From Escherichia coli (GTDB lineage: Bacteria; Pseudomonadota; Gammaproteobacteria; Enterobacterales; Enterobacteriaceae): 64,000 nucleotides of DNA. Position 1 is the stretch's first letter, and each line of letters starts with the position of its first letter. Positions 21,611 to 34,088 of the stretch are shown here, piece after piece. The translations under genes were made by a program, and so were the position numbers. The notes beneath the pieces were generated by a model. The model searched no databases. It had not been told where the DNA came from and saw nothing but the letters and a program-made list of their open reading frames with translations. The DNA is taken from NCBI RefSeq assembly GCF_003334385.1, contig NZ_QOWN01000017.1. One strand, written 5' to 3'.

Positions 21611-22861
21611 ATGGATGTCATGAGAAGTGTTCTGGGAATGGTGGTATTGCTGACGATTGCGTTTTTACTGTCAGTAAACAAGAAGAAGATCAGCCTGCGT
21701 ACCGTTGGCGCGGCGTTAGTGTTACAGGTCGTGATTGGCGGCATTATGCTTTGGTTACCGCTAGGGCGTTGGGTCGCTGAAAAAGTCGCTTTTGGCGTGC
21801 ATAAAGTGATGGCGTACAGCGACGCGGGTAGCGCATTTATCTTCGGTTCTCTGGTCGGACCGAAAATGGATACCTTATTTGATGGTGCAGGATTTATCTT
21901 TGGTTTCAGGGTGTTACCGGCAATTATCTTCGTCACCGCGCTGGTGAGTATTCTCTACTACATCGGTGTGATGGGGATTTTAATTCGAATTCTCGGCGGT
22001 ATCTTCCAGAAAGCATTAAATATCAGCAAGATCGAGTCATTCGTCGCGGTCACCACCATTTTCCTCGGGCAAAACGAAATTCCGGCAATCGTCAAACCCT
22101 TTATCGATCGTCTGAATCGCAATGAATTATTTACAGCGATTTGTAGTGGCATGGCCTCGATTGCTGGTTCGACAATGATTGGTTACGCCGCACTGGGCGT
22201 GCCTGTGGAATATCTGCTGGCGGCATCATTAATGGCGATCCCTGGCGGGATCTTGTTTGCCCGCCTGTTAAGCCCGGCAACGGAATCTTCGCAGGTTTCC
22301 TTTAATAACCTCTCTTTCACCGAAACACCGCCAAAAAGCATTATTGAAGCCGCTGCGACAGGGGCAATGACCGGGCTGAAAATCGCCGCAGGTGTGGCAA
22401 CAGTGGTGATGGCATTTGTTGCAATAATTGCGTTGATTAACGGTATTATCGGCGGCGTTGGTGGCTGGTTTGGTTTTGAACATGCCTCGCTGGAGTCCAT
22501 TTTAGGTTACCTGCTGGCTCCACTGGCGTGGGTGATGGGTGTGGACTGGAGTGATGCGAATCTTGCCGGGAGTTTGATTGGACAGAAACTGGCAATAAAT
22601 GAATTTGTCGCTTATCTCAATTTCTCACCCTATCTGCAAACGGCTGGCACTCTCGATGCTAAAACTGTGGCGATTATTTCCTTCGCGTTGTGCGGTTTCG
22701 CTAACTTTGGTTCTATCGGGGTGGTGGTGGGGGCGTTTTCTGCGGTTGCGCCACACCGTGCGCCGGAAATCGCCCAGCTTGGTTTACGGGCGCTGGCGGC
22801 GGCGACGCTTTCCAACTTGATGAGTGCGACCATTGCCGGGTTCTTTATTGGTTTAGCTTGA
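21611..22861 (+). CDS. nupX: concentrative nucleoside (CNT family) transporter NupX
   Basis: 416 aa, highly similar along its length to the psuT product at 18421..19671; synteny next to yeiI. Confidence 0.75.
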   Translation: MDVMRSVLGMVVLLTIAFLLSVNKKKISLRTVGAALVLQVVIGGIMLWLPLGRWVAEKVAFGVHKVMAYSDAGSAFIFGSLVGPKMDTLFDGAGFIFGFRVLPAIIFVTALVSILYYIGVMGILIRILGGIFQKALNISKIESFVAVTTIFLGQNEIPAIVKPFIDRLNRNELFTAICSGMASIAGSTMIGYAALGVPVEYLLAASLMAIPGGILFARLLSPATESSQVSFNNLSFTETPPKSIIEAAATGAMTGLKIAAGVATVVMAFVAIIALINGIIGGVGGWFGFEHASLESILGYLLAPLAWVMGVDWSDANLAGSLIGQKLAINEFVAYLNFSPYLQTAGTLDAKTVAIISFALCGFANFGSIGVVVGAFSAVAPHRAPEIAQLGLRALAAATLSNLMSATIAGFFIGLA

Positions 22862-22869
22862 GTGTCATT

Positions 22870-22965
22870 GCCTGATGCGCAAGCTTATCAGGCCTACATT
22901 TACTTGCTGAAATTGCCTGATTTGTAGGCCGGATAAGACGCGTTAAGCGTCGCATCCGGCAACAT
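22870..22965. repeat. REP element pair (BIME-like)
   Basis: gcctgatgcgcaagcttatcaggcctaca and tgtaggccggataagacgcgttaagcgtcgcatccggcaa in opposite orientation. Confidence 0.6.
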
Positions 22966-22967
22966 TG

Positions 22968-24056
22968 TTACACCATTGGCACTAATGAAAGCGCGTTATC
23001 GGCAGACAGGGTAGGGTTGTTTAAGCTGCCGCTGGCGCGCGAAATTGCCGCGCAGGCTACCGCAAAACGGGCGCTGTCGCGGAAACTGTATCCTTCAAGA
23101 AAGCTATATACCAGGCCCGCCATAAAACCATCGTCAGCACCAAAACTGTCTACTGTCGTATGCGCTGGCGCGGTCAGCAAAAATTGTTCTCCATCCTTTT
23201 CGCTGCAATAAACTGACTCATCGGGCAAATAAACAAACAGTTGCTGAACACCTTGCTGATGCAATGCATTCACTGCGGTATTACGGTCAGCATCGCTGGT
23301 GATCGCCTGTCCCCATAAAATTTCCAGCTCCGGTAAAGTGGGTTTCAGGGTGTGAATATGCGCCAGCCAGTGTTTGATTTTGCCCGCTTTGAATTCTGAA
23401 ACGGTATCGACAAACACCGGGATTTCATCAGCGAGGGTAAAGACCCATTCCAGCGCCTCGGCTGTCAGGTTGCAATCAGCCAGTACCACGCCCGCATGAC
23501 GAAGTAAATCGCGCGACCCGTTCAGTAGTTGCGGTGTCAACTGTTCCAGCAGATGGGTATCGTTAATCGCCAGCACGGTTTGATCGTCTCGATTGGCAAT
23601 TGCCAGATACGTCGATGTGCTTTGACCATGCAAACGAACGCAGCCGGAGACATTCACGCCGGCACGGCGCGTTTCTTCCAGGAGCATTTCGCCATAAAAG
23701 TCATCGCCAATCACTGAAAGCAAATGGACGTCACGGCCTAACAGCGCCAGATTGTGGGCGATGTTGCGTCCCACGCCGCCCGCTGAGCAATGAATTGTAC
23801 CGGGATGAGAAGCCGATTGCGGGTAACGGATATCCGCCATCCCGCGAATATCCATATTGATTGTCCCCACCACTACGCAGTATTCCTGCTCGGTGAGAAT
23901 GTAACCTTTGCCTTTAATCCGGCCTTTGCGCATTAAATCCATAATATGCGCCGCAACGCGCGAACGGCTGATTTGCAGCATGTCCGCAATTTCGTTCTGC
24001 TGAATCAGCGGGTTACGCCGTAAAATTGCAAGGATCTCCTTTTCCCGGTTATTCAT
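22968..24056 (-). CDS. yeiI: PfkB-family sugar/nucleoside kinase with N-terminal HTH domain, YeiI
   Basis: 362 aa ORF; N-terminal winged-helix-like segment followed by ribokinase-like domain; paralogous to psuK. Confidence 0.8.
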   Translation of the reverse strand: MNNREKEILAILRRNPLIQQNEIADMLQISRSRVAAHIMDLMRKGRIKGKGYILTEQEYCVVVGTINMDIRGMADIRYPQSASHPGTIHCSAGGVGRNIAHNLALLGRDVHLLSVIGDDFYGEMLLEETRRAGVNVSGCVRLHGQSTSTYLAIANRDDQTVLAINDTHLLEQLTPQLLNGSRDLLRHAGVVLADCNLTAEALEWVFTLADEIPVFVDTVSEFKAGKIKHWLAHIHTLKPTLPELEILWGQAITSDADRNTAVNALHQQGVQQLFVYLPDESVYCSEKDGEQFLLTAPAHTTVDSFGADDGFMAGLVYSFLEGYSFRDSARFAVACAAISRASGSLNNPTLSADNALSLVPMV

Positions 24057-24058
24057 CT

Positions 24059-24916
24059 TCAGGCTACCGCTTTTTCAGTTTGTTGCGCTTTCAGCCAGGC
24101 GATCTCTTCTGCCCAGATATCCGGGTTGATGGTTTCGAGGATCAGCGGAATGCCGTCGAAACGGTCGTCCTGCATGATCCAGCGGAACGCATCATGACCG
24201 ATATTGCCTTCACCGAGGCTATGATGGCGGTCAACGCGGCTGCCAAAGGTGCTTTTCGCATCGTTAAGGTGCATCCCGCGCAGATACTTAAAGCCGACAG
24301 TACGGGCAAAATCCGCGAATGTTTTCTCGCATTCGGCTGGAGTACGCAAATCATACCCGGCAGCGAAAGCATGGCAGGTATCAATGCAGACGCCGACGCG
24401 GGATTTATCTTCCACGCCGTCGATAATCGCCGCGAGATGTTCGAATTTAAACCCTAAGTTACTGCCCTGACCGGCGGTGTTTTCTATCACCGCTGTCACA
24501 CCTTGAGTTTTATCCAGCGCAATGTTGATGGATTCGGCAATACGCGCAAGGCAATCCTCTTCTGAAATCTGCATCAGATGGCTGCCAGGGTGGAAGTTGA
24601 GCAAAGAAAGCCCCAGCTGTTCGCAACGCTGCATTTCATCTATAAAGGCATCGCGCGATTTTTCCAGAGCTTCAGTGACCGGATGTCCGAGGTTAATCAG
24701 ATAACTGTCGTGGGGAAGAATTTGCGCCGATGTGTAGTGATATTTTTCACAGGCGGCTTTGAATTCATCGATGGTTTGCGTCGTGAGCGGTGCGGCACGC
24801 CACTGACGTTGGTTTTTGGTGAACAAGGCAAACGCGGTTGCGTCGATTTCGGCGGCGCGAATTGCGGCATTTGCCAGACCGCCAGCAGCACTAACGTGCG
24901 CTCCAATGTATTTCAT
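24059..24916 (-). CDS. nfo: endonuclease IV (AP endonuclease) Nfo
   Basis: 285 aa ORF starting [16 protein letters not shown]-barrel AP endonuclease 2 family. Confidence 0.9.
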
Positions 24917-24989
24917 GCGAGGACTCCTGTTAAACCCGCTGGAGGAAAACGGTAATGATAGCGGGTTAACAGGAGCAAGATGTAGTGGT

Positions 24990-26039
24990 TTATGCGATGA
25001 CGCTTTGAATCACATAGTTAATCGCACCACCACCAACAATCAGCCAGGCAAACAGTACCAGTGCCATCAGCAGAGGTTTCGCCCCAGCTTTTTTCAGCGC
25101 GCTGACGTGAGTGGTCAGACCCAGCGCCGCCATCGCCATTGCCAGCAGGAAGGTATCCAGCGTTACCAGCATGTTCACCACGCTCTGCGGTAACAGGTGG
25201 AACGAGTTAAAGATGGCAACTACGATGAACAAGATGGCAAACCACGGAATAGTGATTTTGCTTTTCTCGCCGCTGTTCGCCCCAGACAGCTGTTTAACAC
25301 GCGCCGCCAGCAGGATGAGGAACGGAGCCAGCATCATCACGCGCAGCATTTTGGAAATAACTGCTGCGTTTTCCGCATCCGGGCTGATGGCATGACCTGC
25401 CGCCACCACCTGCGCCACTTCGTGCACAGTAGAACCAATGTAGATACCGAAAGTTTCCGGACTAAACCATTGAGACATCAGCGGATATATCGCCGGGTAG
25501 AGGAAAATCGCGACGGTCCCGAAGATAACAACGGTTGCAACAGCCACGGTTACTTTACTGGCTTCCGCTTTCACTACCGGCTCAGTCGCCAGTACCGCGG
25601 CAGCACCACAGATACTGCTACCGGCACCGATCAACCAGCTGGTGTGCTTATCCAGACCAAACACTTTCTGCCCCAGGAAGCAAGCCAGCAGGAAGGTACT
25701 GGACAGCGTCAACACGTCAATGATGATCCCACTGATACCGACATCGGCAATTTGCGAGAACGTCAGACGGAAGCCATAAAGAATGATACCCAGACGTAAT
25801 AAATATTGCTTGGCAAACAGCACACCACCGTCACAGCTTTTCCAGATGTGCGGATAGATGGTGTTGCCTAAAACCATCCCCAACAAGATTGCGAGGGTGA
25901 GGGCACTAAACCCGGCACCCGCAACCGCGGGAATGGAACCACCCCACAGGGCGACCCCGGTGATAACTGCACTCAGGGCTAACCCCGGAATAAAATGCCA
26001 CAGTGTACGATGTTGTTTCTGTAAGGTGATATTCGTCAT
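24990..26039 (-). CDS. yeiH: UPF0324 family inner membrane protein YeiH
   Basis: 349 aa polytopic membrane protein; divergent from LysR regulator yeiE. Confidence 0.8.
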
Positions 26040-26137
26040 AACCCTCTCCTTTAACCGGGCATAAGGTTACGACTAACTGGTTTAAAAATAAAATTGATTA
26101 TATATTTATAATTAATCTTTATAAGTGGTAAGCGACT

Positions 26138-27019
26138 ATGCACATCACCCTCCGGCAGTTGGAAGTTTTTGCAGAAGTATTGAAAAGTGGATCAACCACC
26201 CAGGCGTCGGTGATGCTGGCGTTGTCGCAATCAGCAGTGAGCGCAGCCTTGACCGACCTGGAAGGGCAGCTTGGCGTGCAACTGTTTGATCGCGTGGGGA
26301 AAAGACTGGTTGTTAATGAACACGGGCGGCTGCTCTATCCGCGTGCGTTGGCATTGCTTGAACAGGCGGTTGAAATCGAACAACTGTTTCGCGAAGACAA
26401 CGGCGCGATTCGTATCTATGCCAGTAGTACCATCGGTAACTACATTCTGCCTGCAGTTATCGCCCGTTATCGCCATGATTATCCGCAGTTGCCGATTGAA
26501 CTTAGCGTTGGGAATAGCCAGGACGTGATGCAAGCGGTGCTGGATTTCCGCGTTGATATTGGCTTTATTGAAGGACCGTGCCACAGCACTGAAATCATTT
26601 CTGAACCGTGGCTGGAAGACGAGCTGGTGGTTTTCGCCGCGCCGACTTCGCCGTTGGCCCGTGGTCCGGTCACCTTAGAACAGCTGGCCGCTGCGCCGTG
26701 GATCCTGCGTGAACGCGGTTCCGGCACGCGGGAGATTGTCGATTATCTGTTGCTGTCACATTTACCGAAGTTTGAGATGGCGATGGAATTAGGTAACTCC
26801 GAGGCAATCAAACATGCGGTGCGTCATGGGTTGGGAATTAGTTGCCTGTCGCGACGTGTGATTGAAGATCAATTGCAGGCAGGCACATTAAGTGAAGTTG
26901 CGGTCCCTCTGCCGCGCCTGATGCGTACGTTGTGGCGTATACATCATCGGCAAAAACACCTTTCCAACGCGCTACGGCGCTTTCTGGACTATTGCGATCC
27001 CGCAAATGTGCCGCGTTAA
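26138..27019 (+). CDS. yeiE: LysR-family transcriptional regulator YeiE
   Basis: 293 aa; N-terminal HTH and LysR substrate-binding domain; divergent arrangement with yeiH. Confidence 0.8.
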
Positions 27020-27223
27020 GTTGCTGTACAAGAACATGCTGGTGCTGTGTCGATTTCGTGACGCAGCGCCTTCAGCATGCATTCGCCAGAAAAGAGATTG
27101 GCTGCTTTACTTATAATCCCTGGGCGATCATGAAGGTGTCTTATAACCGTGTATTTCTGCCGGAAGGATTGCCAATCGTCTGCTACAATCGCGCCTCATT
27201 TTTAAGATGGATAGCATTTTTGT

Positions 27224-28693
27224 ATGGTTTCCGAAACTAAAACCACAGAAGCGCCGGGCTTACGCCGTGAATTAAAGGCGCGTCACCTGACGATGATTGC
27301 CATTGGCGGTTCCATCGGTACAGGTCTTTTTGTTGCCTCTGGCGCAACGATTTCTCAGGCAGGTCCGGGCGGGGCATTGCTCTCGTATATGCTGATTGGC
27401 CTGATGGTTTACTTCCTGATGACCAGTCTCGGTGAACTGGCTGCATATATGCCGGTTTCCGGTTCGTTTGCCACTTACGGTCAGAACTATGTTGAAGAAG
27501 GCTTTGGCTTCGCGCTGGGCTGGAACTACTGGTACAACTGGGCGGTGACTATCGCCGTTGACCTGGTTGCAGCTCAGCTGGTCATGAGCTGGTGGTTCCC
27601 GGATACACCGGGCTGGATCTGGAGTGCGTTGTTCCTCGGCGTTATCTTCCTGCTGAACTACATCTCAGTTCGTGGCTTTGGTGAAGCGGAATACTGGTTC
27701 TCACTGATCAAAGTCACGACAGTTATTGTCTTTATCATCGTTGGCGTGCTGATGATTATCGGTATCTTCAAAGGCGCGCAGCCTGCGGGCTGGAGCAACT
27801 GGACAATCGGCGAAGCGCCGTTTGCTGGTGGTTTTGCGGCGATGATCGGCGTAGCTATGATTGTCGGCTTCTCTTTCCAGGGAACCGAGCTGATCGGTAT
27901 TGCTGCAGGCGAGTCCGAAGATCCGGCGAAAAACATTCCACGCGCGGTACGTCAGGTGTTCTGGCGAATCCTGTTGTTCTATGTGTTCGCGATCCTGATT
28001 ATCAGCCTGATTATTCCGTACACCGATCCGAGCCTGCTGCGTAACGATGTTAAAGACATCAGCGTTAGTCCGTTCACCCTGGTGTTCCAGCACGCGGGTC
28101 TGCTCTCTGCGGCGGCGGTGATGAACGCAGTTATTCTGACGGCGGTGCTGTCAGCGGGTAACTCCGGTATGTATGCGTCTACTCGTATGCTGTACACCCT
28201 GGCGTGTGACGGTAAAGCGCCGCGCATTTTCGCTAAACTGTCGCGTGGTGGCGTGCCGCGTAATGCGCTGTATGCGACGACGGTGATTGCCGGTCTGTGC
28301 TTCCTGACCTCCATGTTTGGCAACCAGACGGTATACCTGTGGCTGCTGAACACCTCCGGGATGACGGGTTTTATCGCCTGGCTGGGGATTGCCATTAGCC
28401 ACTATCGCTTCCGTCGCGGTTACGTATTGCAGGGACACGACATTAACGATCTGCCGTACCGTTCAGGTTTCTTCCCACTGGGGCCGATCTTCGCATTCAT
28501 TCTGTGTCTGATTATCACTTTGGGCCAGAACTACGAAGCGTTCCTGAAAGATACTATTGACTGGGGCGGCGTAGCGGCAACGTATATTGGTATCCCGCTG
28601 TTCCTGATTATTTGGTTCGGCTACAAGCTGATTAAAGGAACTCACTTCGTACGCTACAGCGAAATGAAGTTCCCGCAGAACGATAAGAAATAA
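27224..28693 (+). CDS. lysP: lysine-specific permease LysP (APC family)
   Basis: 489 aa 12-TM amino acid permease; synteny. Confidence 0.9.
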   Translation: MVSETKTTEAPGLRRELKARHLTMIAIGGSIGTGLFVASGATISQAGPGGALLSYMLIGLMVYFLMTSLGELAAYMPVSGSFATYGQNYVEEGFGFALGWNYWYNWAVTIAVDLVAAQLVMSWWFPDTPGWIWSALFLGVIFLLNYISVRGFGEAEYWFSLIKVTTVIVFIIVGVLMIIGIFKGAQPAGWSNWTIGEAPFAGGFAAMIGVAMIVGFSFQGTELIGIAAGESEDPAKNIPRAVRQVFWRILLFYVFAILIISLIIPYTDPSLLRNDVKDISVSPFTLVFQHAGLLSAAAVMNAVILTAVLSAGNSGMYASTRMLYTLACDGKAPRIFAKLSRGGVPRNALYATTVIAGLCFLTSMFGNQTVYLWLLNTSGMTGFIAWLGIAISHYRFRRGYVLQGHDINDLPYRSGFFPLGPIFAFILCLIITLGQNYEAFLKDTIDWGGVAATYIGIPLFLIIWFGYKLIKGTHFVRYSEMKFPQNDKK

Positions 28694-28713
28694 GTTTCCT
28701 CCCTTCCTTGCTA

Positions 28714-28740
28714 AGCCCTCTCAACCGAGAGGGCTTTTTC
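28714..28740 (+). terminator. rho-independent terminator after lysP
   Basis: agccctctc aacc gagagggct followed by TTTTT. Confidence 0.6.
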
Positions 28741-28787
28741 AATTCCATTTCCCTGACAAATCATGCGGATATAAAATTTAACATTTG

Positions 28788-28818
28788 GATTGATAATTGT
28801 TATCGTTTGCATTATCGT
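28788..28818 (+). promoter_or_regulatory. Fur box-like operator in cirA promoter
   Basis: attgataattgttatcgtttgcattatcgtt resembles the GATAATGATAATCATTATC Fur consensus, located about 170 bp upstream of the cirA start. Confidence 0.55.
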
Positions 28819-28986
28819 TACACCGCAATCAAAAAAGGCTGACAAATCAGAGGCTGTTCCGGCTTTCTGGGATGATCACCTGCATAAAAAATAAGTCCAC
28901 CGCGATGCTGCCGTACGCAAGGGGACGTGAAGAAGATGTGAGCGATAACCCATTTTATTTTCGTAGTTACCTCATGGAGATATGGA

Positions 28987-30979
28987 ATGTTTAGGTTGAA
29001 CCCTTTCGTACGGGTCGGGCTGTGTTTGTCCGCTATTTCTTGTGCATGGCCTGTGTTAGCGGTCGATGATGATGGCGAAACGATGGTTGTCACTGCATCT
29101 TCCGTGGAACAAAATCTTAAAGATGCACCTGCCAGTATCAGCGTCATTACCCAGGAAGACCTGCAGCGAAAACCGGTACAGAATCTGAAGGATGTCCTCA
29201 AAGAAGTGCCTGGCGTACAACTGACGAACGAAGGGGATAACCGTAAGGGCGTTAGTATTCGTGGTCTGGACAGCAGCTATACCCTGATTCTCGTCGACGG
29301 TAAACGCGTGAACTCCCGCAATGCCGTCTTCCGCCACAATGATTTCGATCTGAACTGGATCCCGGTCGATTCCATCGAACGTATTGAAGTGGTCCGTGGC
29401 CCGATGTCGTCGCTGTACGGTTCCGATGCGCTCGGCGGTGTAGTGAATATCATCACCAAAAAAATCGGTCAGAAATGGTCGGGTACCGTTACCGTCGATA
29501 CCACCATTCAGGAACATCGCGATCGCGGTGACACCTATAACGGTCAGTTCTTTACCAGTGGACCATTAATTGATGGTGTGCTGGGAATGAAAGCTTACGG
29601 CAGCCTGGCAAAACGTGAAAAGGATGACCCGCAAAACTCAACGACCACCGATACCGGAGAAACGCCGCGTATTGAAGGATTCTCCAGCCGCGACGGCAAT
29701 GTCGAATTTGCCTGGACACCGAATCAAAATCACGATTTTACTGCCGGATACGGTTTCGACCGTCAGGATCGTGATTCCGACTCGCTGGACAAAAACCGCC
29801 TGGAACGCCAGAACTACTCCGTCAGCCATAATGGGCGTTGGGATTACGGCACCAGCGAACTGAAATACTACGGTGAGAAAGTCGAGAACAAAAACCCTGG
29901 CAACAGCAGCCCGATAACTTCCGAAAGCAATACGGTCGACGGCAAATACACGTTGCCGCTGACGGCGATTAATCAGTTTCTCACGGTTGGCGGTGAATGG
30001 CGTCACGACAAACTTAGCGATGCGGTGAACCTGACCGGGGGAACCAGCTCCAAAACGTCTGCCAGCCAGTACGCGCTGTTTGTGGAAGATGAATGGCGGA
30101 TCTTCGAGCCGCTGGCGCTGACGACCGGCGTGCGTATGGACGATCACGAAACCTACGGTGAACACTGGAGTCCGCGTGCCTACCTGGTTTTATAACGCCA
30201 CCGACACCGTAACGGTGAAAGGGGGCTGGGCGACGGCATTTAAAGCACCTTCTCTGTTGCAACTTAGCCCTGACTGGACGAGCAATTCCTGCCGTGGCGC
30301 ATGTAAGATTGTGGGTAGCCCGGATCTGAAACCAGAAACCAGCGAAAGTTGGGAGCTGGGGCTTTACTACATGGGTGAAGAAGGCTGGCTGGAAGGGGTT
30401 GAATCCAGCGTTACCGTTTTCCGTAACGATGTGAAAGATCGTATCAGCATCAGCCGTACGTCTGACGTCAACGCTGCACCGGGCTACCAAAACTTTGTTG
30501 GTTTTGAGACGGGCGCTAACGGACGGCGCATACCGGTATTTAGCTACTACAACGTTAACAAAGCTCGTATTCAGGGCGTGGAAACCGAACTGAAAATTCC
30601 GTTCAACGATGAATGGAAACTGTCGATCAACTACACCTACAACGATGGTCGTGATGTCAGCAACGGCGAAAACAAACCGCTATCCGATCTGCCGTTCCAT
30701 ACTGCTAACGGTACGCTGGACTGGAAACCGCTGGCGCTGGAAGACTGGTCATTCTATGTTTCTGGGCACTATACCGGGCAGAAACGCGCCGACAGCGCGA
30801 CGGCTAAAACACCGGGCGGTTATACCATCTGGAATACCGGCGCGGCCTGGCAGGTGACTAAAGACGTCAAACTGCGCGCAGGCGTGCTGAACCTTGGCGA
30901 CAAGGATCTCAGTCGTGACGACTACAGCTATAACGAAGACGGACGTCGTTACTTTATGGCAGTGGATTATCGCTTCTGA
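28987..30979 (+). pseudogene. cirA: catecholate siderophore / colicin I receptor CirA disrupted by a +1 frameshift (T-run 30188-30191)
   Basis: Two overlapping track ORFs (28987..30195, 402 aa; 30158..30979, 273 aa) that together give a TonB-dependent receptor once one T is removed from the TTTT run at 30188-30191; total span 1993 nt = 664 codons + 1 nt. Confidence 0.8.
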
Positions 30980-31010
30980 TGAGAAGATGCCCGGCGAACC
31001 GGGCGGACTT

Positions 31011-31880
<870 letters not shown>

Positions 31881-32104
31881 TCATCATACCGTTTATTCAA
31901 TGTGCTGTGAGTAACTTTCACTTCCGTATTTGCATAACGATGTTTTAACATCTGCTGATGAAAGGCAGCGGCAATTACAATAATTATCGCTGTGAATACT
32001 GGATTATGTGCGCCGCCTCACGCACAATAATCAGGCTGTAAATCAGCTTAATAACTTTGCCCCCACGCAGGGCGGAGGCGTCACACCTGCAGGAGAAATC
32101 ATAA

Positions 32105-32773
32105 ATGCCATCACTCAGTAAAGAAGCGGCCCTGGTTCATGAAGCGTTAGTTGCGCGAGGACTGGAAACACCGCTGCGCCCGCCCGTGCATGAAATGGAT
32201 AACGAAACGCGCAAAAGCCTTATTGCTGGTCATATGACCGAAATCATGCAGCTGCTGAATCTCGACTTGGCTGATGACAGTTTGATGGAAACGCCGCATC
32301 GCATCGCTAAAATGTATGTCGATGAAATTTTCTCCGGTCTGGATTACGCCAATTTCCCGAAAATCACCCTCATTGAAAACAAAATGAAGGTCGATGAAAT
32401 GGTCACCGTGCGCGATATCACTCTGACCAGCACCTGTGAACACCATTTTGTTACCATCGATGGCAAAGCGACGGTGGCCTATATCCCGAAAGATTCGGTG
32501 ATCGGTCTGTCAAAAATTAACCGCATTGTGCAGTTCTTTGCCCAGCGTCCGCAGGTGCAGGAACGTCTGACGCAGCAAATTCTTATTGCGCTACAAACGC
32601 TGCTGGGCACCAATAACGTGGCTGTCTCGATCGACGCGGTGCATTACTGCGTGAAGGCGCGTGGCATCCGCGATGCAACCAGTGCCACGACAACGACCTC
32701 TCTTGGTGGATTGTTCAAATCCAGTCAGAATACGCGCCACGAGTTTCTGCGCGCTGTGCGTCATCACAACTGA
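32105..32773 (+). CDS. folE: GTP cyclohydrolase I FolE
   Basis: 222 aa ORF; strong match to GTP cyclohydrolase I core (CEHH motif region). Confidence 0.9.
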
Positions 32774-32789
32774 TTAAAAGGCAGGAACC

Positions 32790-33947
32790 ATGGAGCGCAA
32801 CGTCACGCTCGATTTTGTTCGCGGCGTCGCCATTCTGGGGATCCTGCTATTAAACATCAGCGCCTTTGGGCTACCAAAGGCGGCTTATCTCAATCCCGCC
32901 TGGTACGGTGCTATTACGCCGCGGGATGCATGGACTTGGGCATTTCTTGATCTCATCGGCCAGGTGAAATTCCTCACGCTTTTTGCGCTACTGTTTGGTG
33001 CGGGCCTGCAAATGTTGCTGCCCCGTGGCAGACGCTGGATCCAGTCGCGGTTAACGCTGTTAGTCTTGTTGGGCTTTATTCACGGTTTATTGTTCTGGGA
33101 CGGCGATATTTTGCTGGCTTACGGGCTGGTGGGCTTAATCTGCTGGCGGCTGGTGCGCGATGCGCCATCGGTAAAAAGCCTGTTTAATACAGGCGTCATG
33201 CTTTATCTGGTGGGGCTTGGCGTTTTGCTGTTATTGGGGCTGATTTCCGACAGCCAGACCAGCCGCGCCTGGACGCCGGATGCATCGGCTATTTTGTATG
33301 AAAAATACTGGAAGCTTCACGGCGGCGTTGAAGCGATCAGTAATCGTGCCGATGGTGTTGGCAACAGTTTACTGGCACTGGGCGCACAGTATGGCTGGCA
33401 ACTGGCAGGGATGATGCTCATTGGTGCGGCGCTGATGCGCAGCGGCTGGCTGAAAGGGCAGTTCAGCTTACGTCACTATCGTCGTACTGGTTTTGTGCTG
33501 GTGGCGATTGGGGTGACCATTAACCTTCCTGCCATCGCCCTGCAATGGCAGCTGGACTGGGCGTATCGCTGGTGTGCCTTCTTACTTCAAATGCCGCGGG
33601 AACTGAGTGCGCCGTTTCAGGCGATTGGCTATGCGTCGCTGTTTTATGGCTTCTGGCCGCAATTGAGCCGCTTTAAGCTGGTGCTTGCGATCGCCTGCGT
33701 CGGACGGATGGCGCTGACCAACTATCTATTGCAAACGCTGATTTGTACCACGCTTTTTTACCACCTCGGTTTGTTTATGCATTTTGACCGCCTGGAGCTG
33801 CTGGCGTTTGTTATTCCGGTATGGCTGGCGAATATCCTCTTCTCTGTTATCTGGCTGCGTTACTTCCGCCAGGGGCCGGTGGAATGGCTCTGGCGTCAGT
33901 TAACTTTGCGTGCTGCCGGACCGGCAATATCTAAAACATCAAGATAA
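32790..33947 (+). CDS. yeiB: DUF418-family inner membrane protein YeiB
   Basis: 385 aa polytopic membrane protein 16 nt downstream of folE. Confidence 0.8.
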   Translation: MERNVTLDFVRGVAILGILLLNISAFGLPKAAYLNPAWYGAITPRDAWTWAFLDLIGQVKFLTLFALLFGAGLQMLLPRGRRWIQSRLTLLVLLGFIHGLLFWDGDILLAYGLVGLICWRLVRDAPSVKSLFNTGVMLYLVGLGVLLLLGLISDSQTSRAWTPDASAILYEKYWKLHGGVEAISNRADGVGNSLLALGAQYGWQLAGMMLIGAALMRSGWLKGQFSLRHYRRTGFVLVAIGVTINLPAIALQWQLDWAYRWCAFLLQMPRELSAPFQAIGYASLFYGFWPQLSRFKLVLAIACVGRMALTNYLLQTLICTTLFYHLGLFMHFDRLELLAFVIPVWLANILFSVIWLRYFRQGPVEWLWRQLTLRAAGPAISKTSR

Positions 33948-33977
33948 CGATCTGGATCACATTCGTTAACAAAACGG

Positions 33978-34012
33978 CTGTAACCGTTTCCATTGCTGTG
34001 ACTCGATTCACG
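33978..34012 (+). promoter_or_regulatory. galS promoter: gal operator-like site plus CRP-like site
   Basis: ctgtaaccgtttccat (33978-33993) resembles GalR/GalS operator GTGKAANCGNTTNCAC; tgtgactcgattcacg (33997-34012) resembles CRP TGTGA-N6-TCACA. Confidence 0.45.
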
Positions 34013-34088
34013 AAGTCCAGTATTCAGTGCTGACAAAATAGCCGCCAGCAAGCAGTCATTTACTGCAATCTCATAACAGGTAGTGAAT

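Noticed and set aside
25197-25799. 200 aa plus-strand ORF opposite yeiH
   Set aside because: Antisense shadow ORF; highly charged low-complexity translation.
29056-30165. Minus-strand ORFs (153 and 175 aa) opposite cirA
   Set aside because: Antisense to the TonB-dependent receptor frame; no independent support.
30158-30979. Second cirA ORF treated as an independent gene starting MNTGVRV
   Set aside because: Its in-frame sequence continues the CirA barrel directly after the frameshift; it is the downstream half of one disrupted gene, not a separate CDS.
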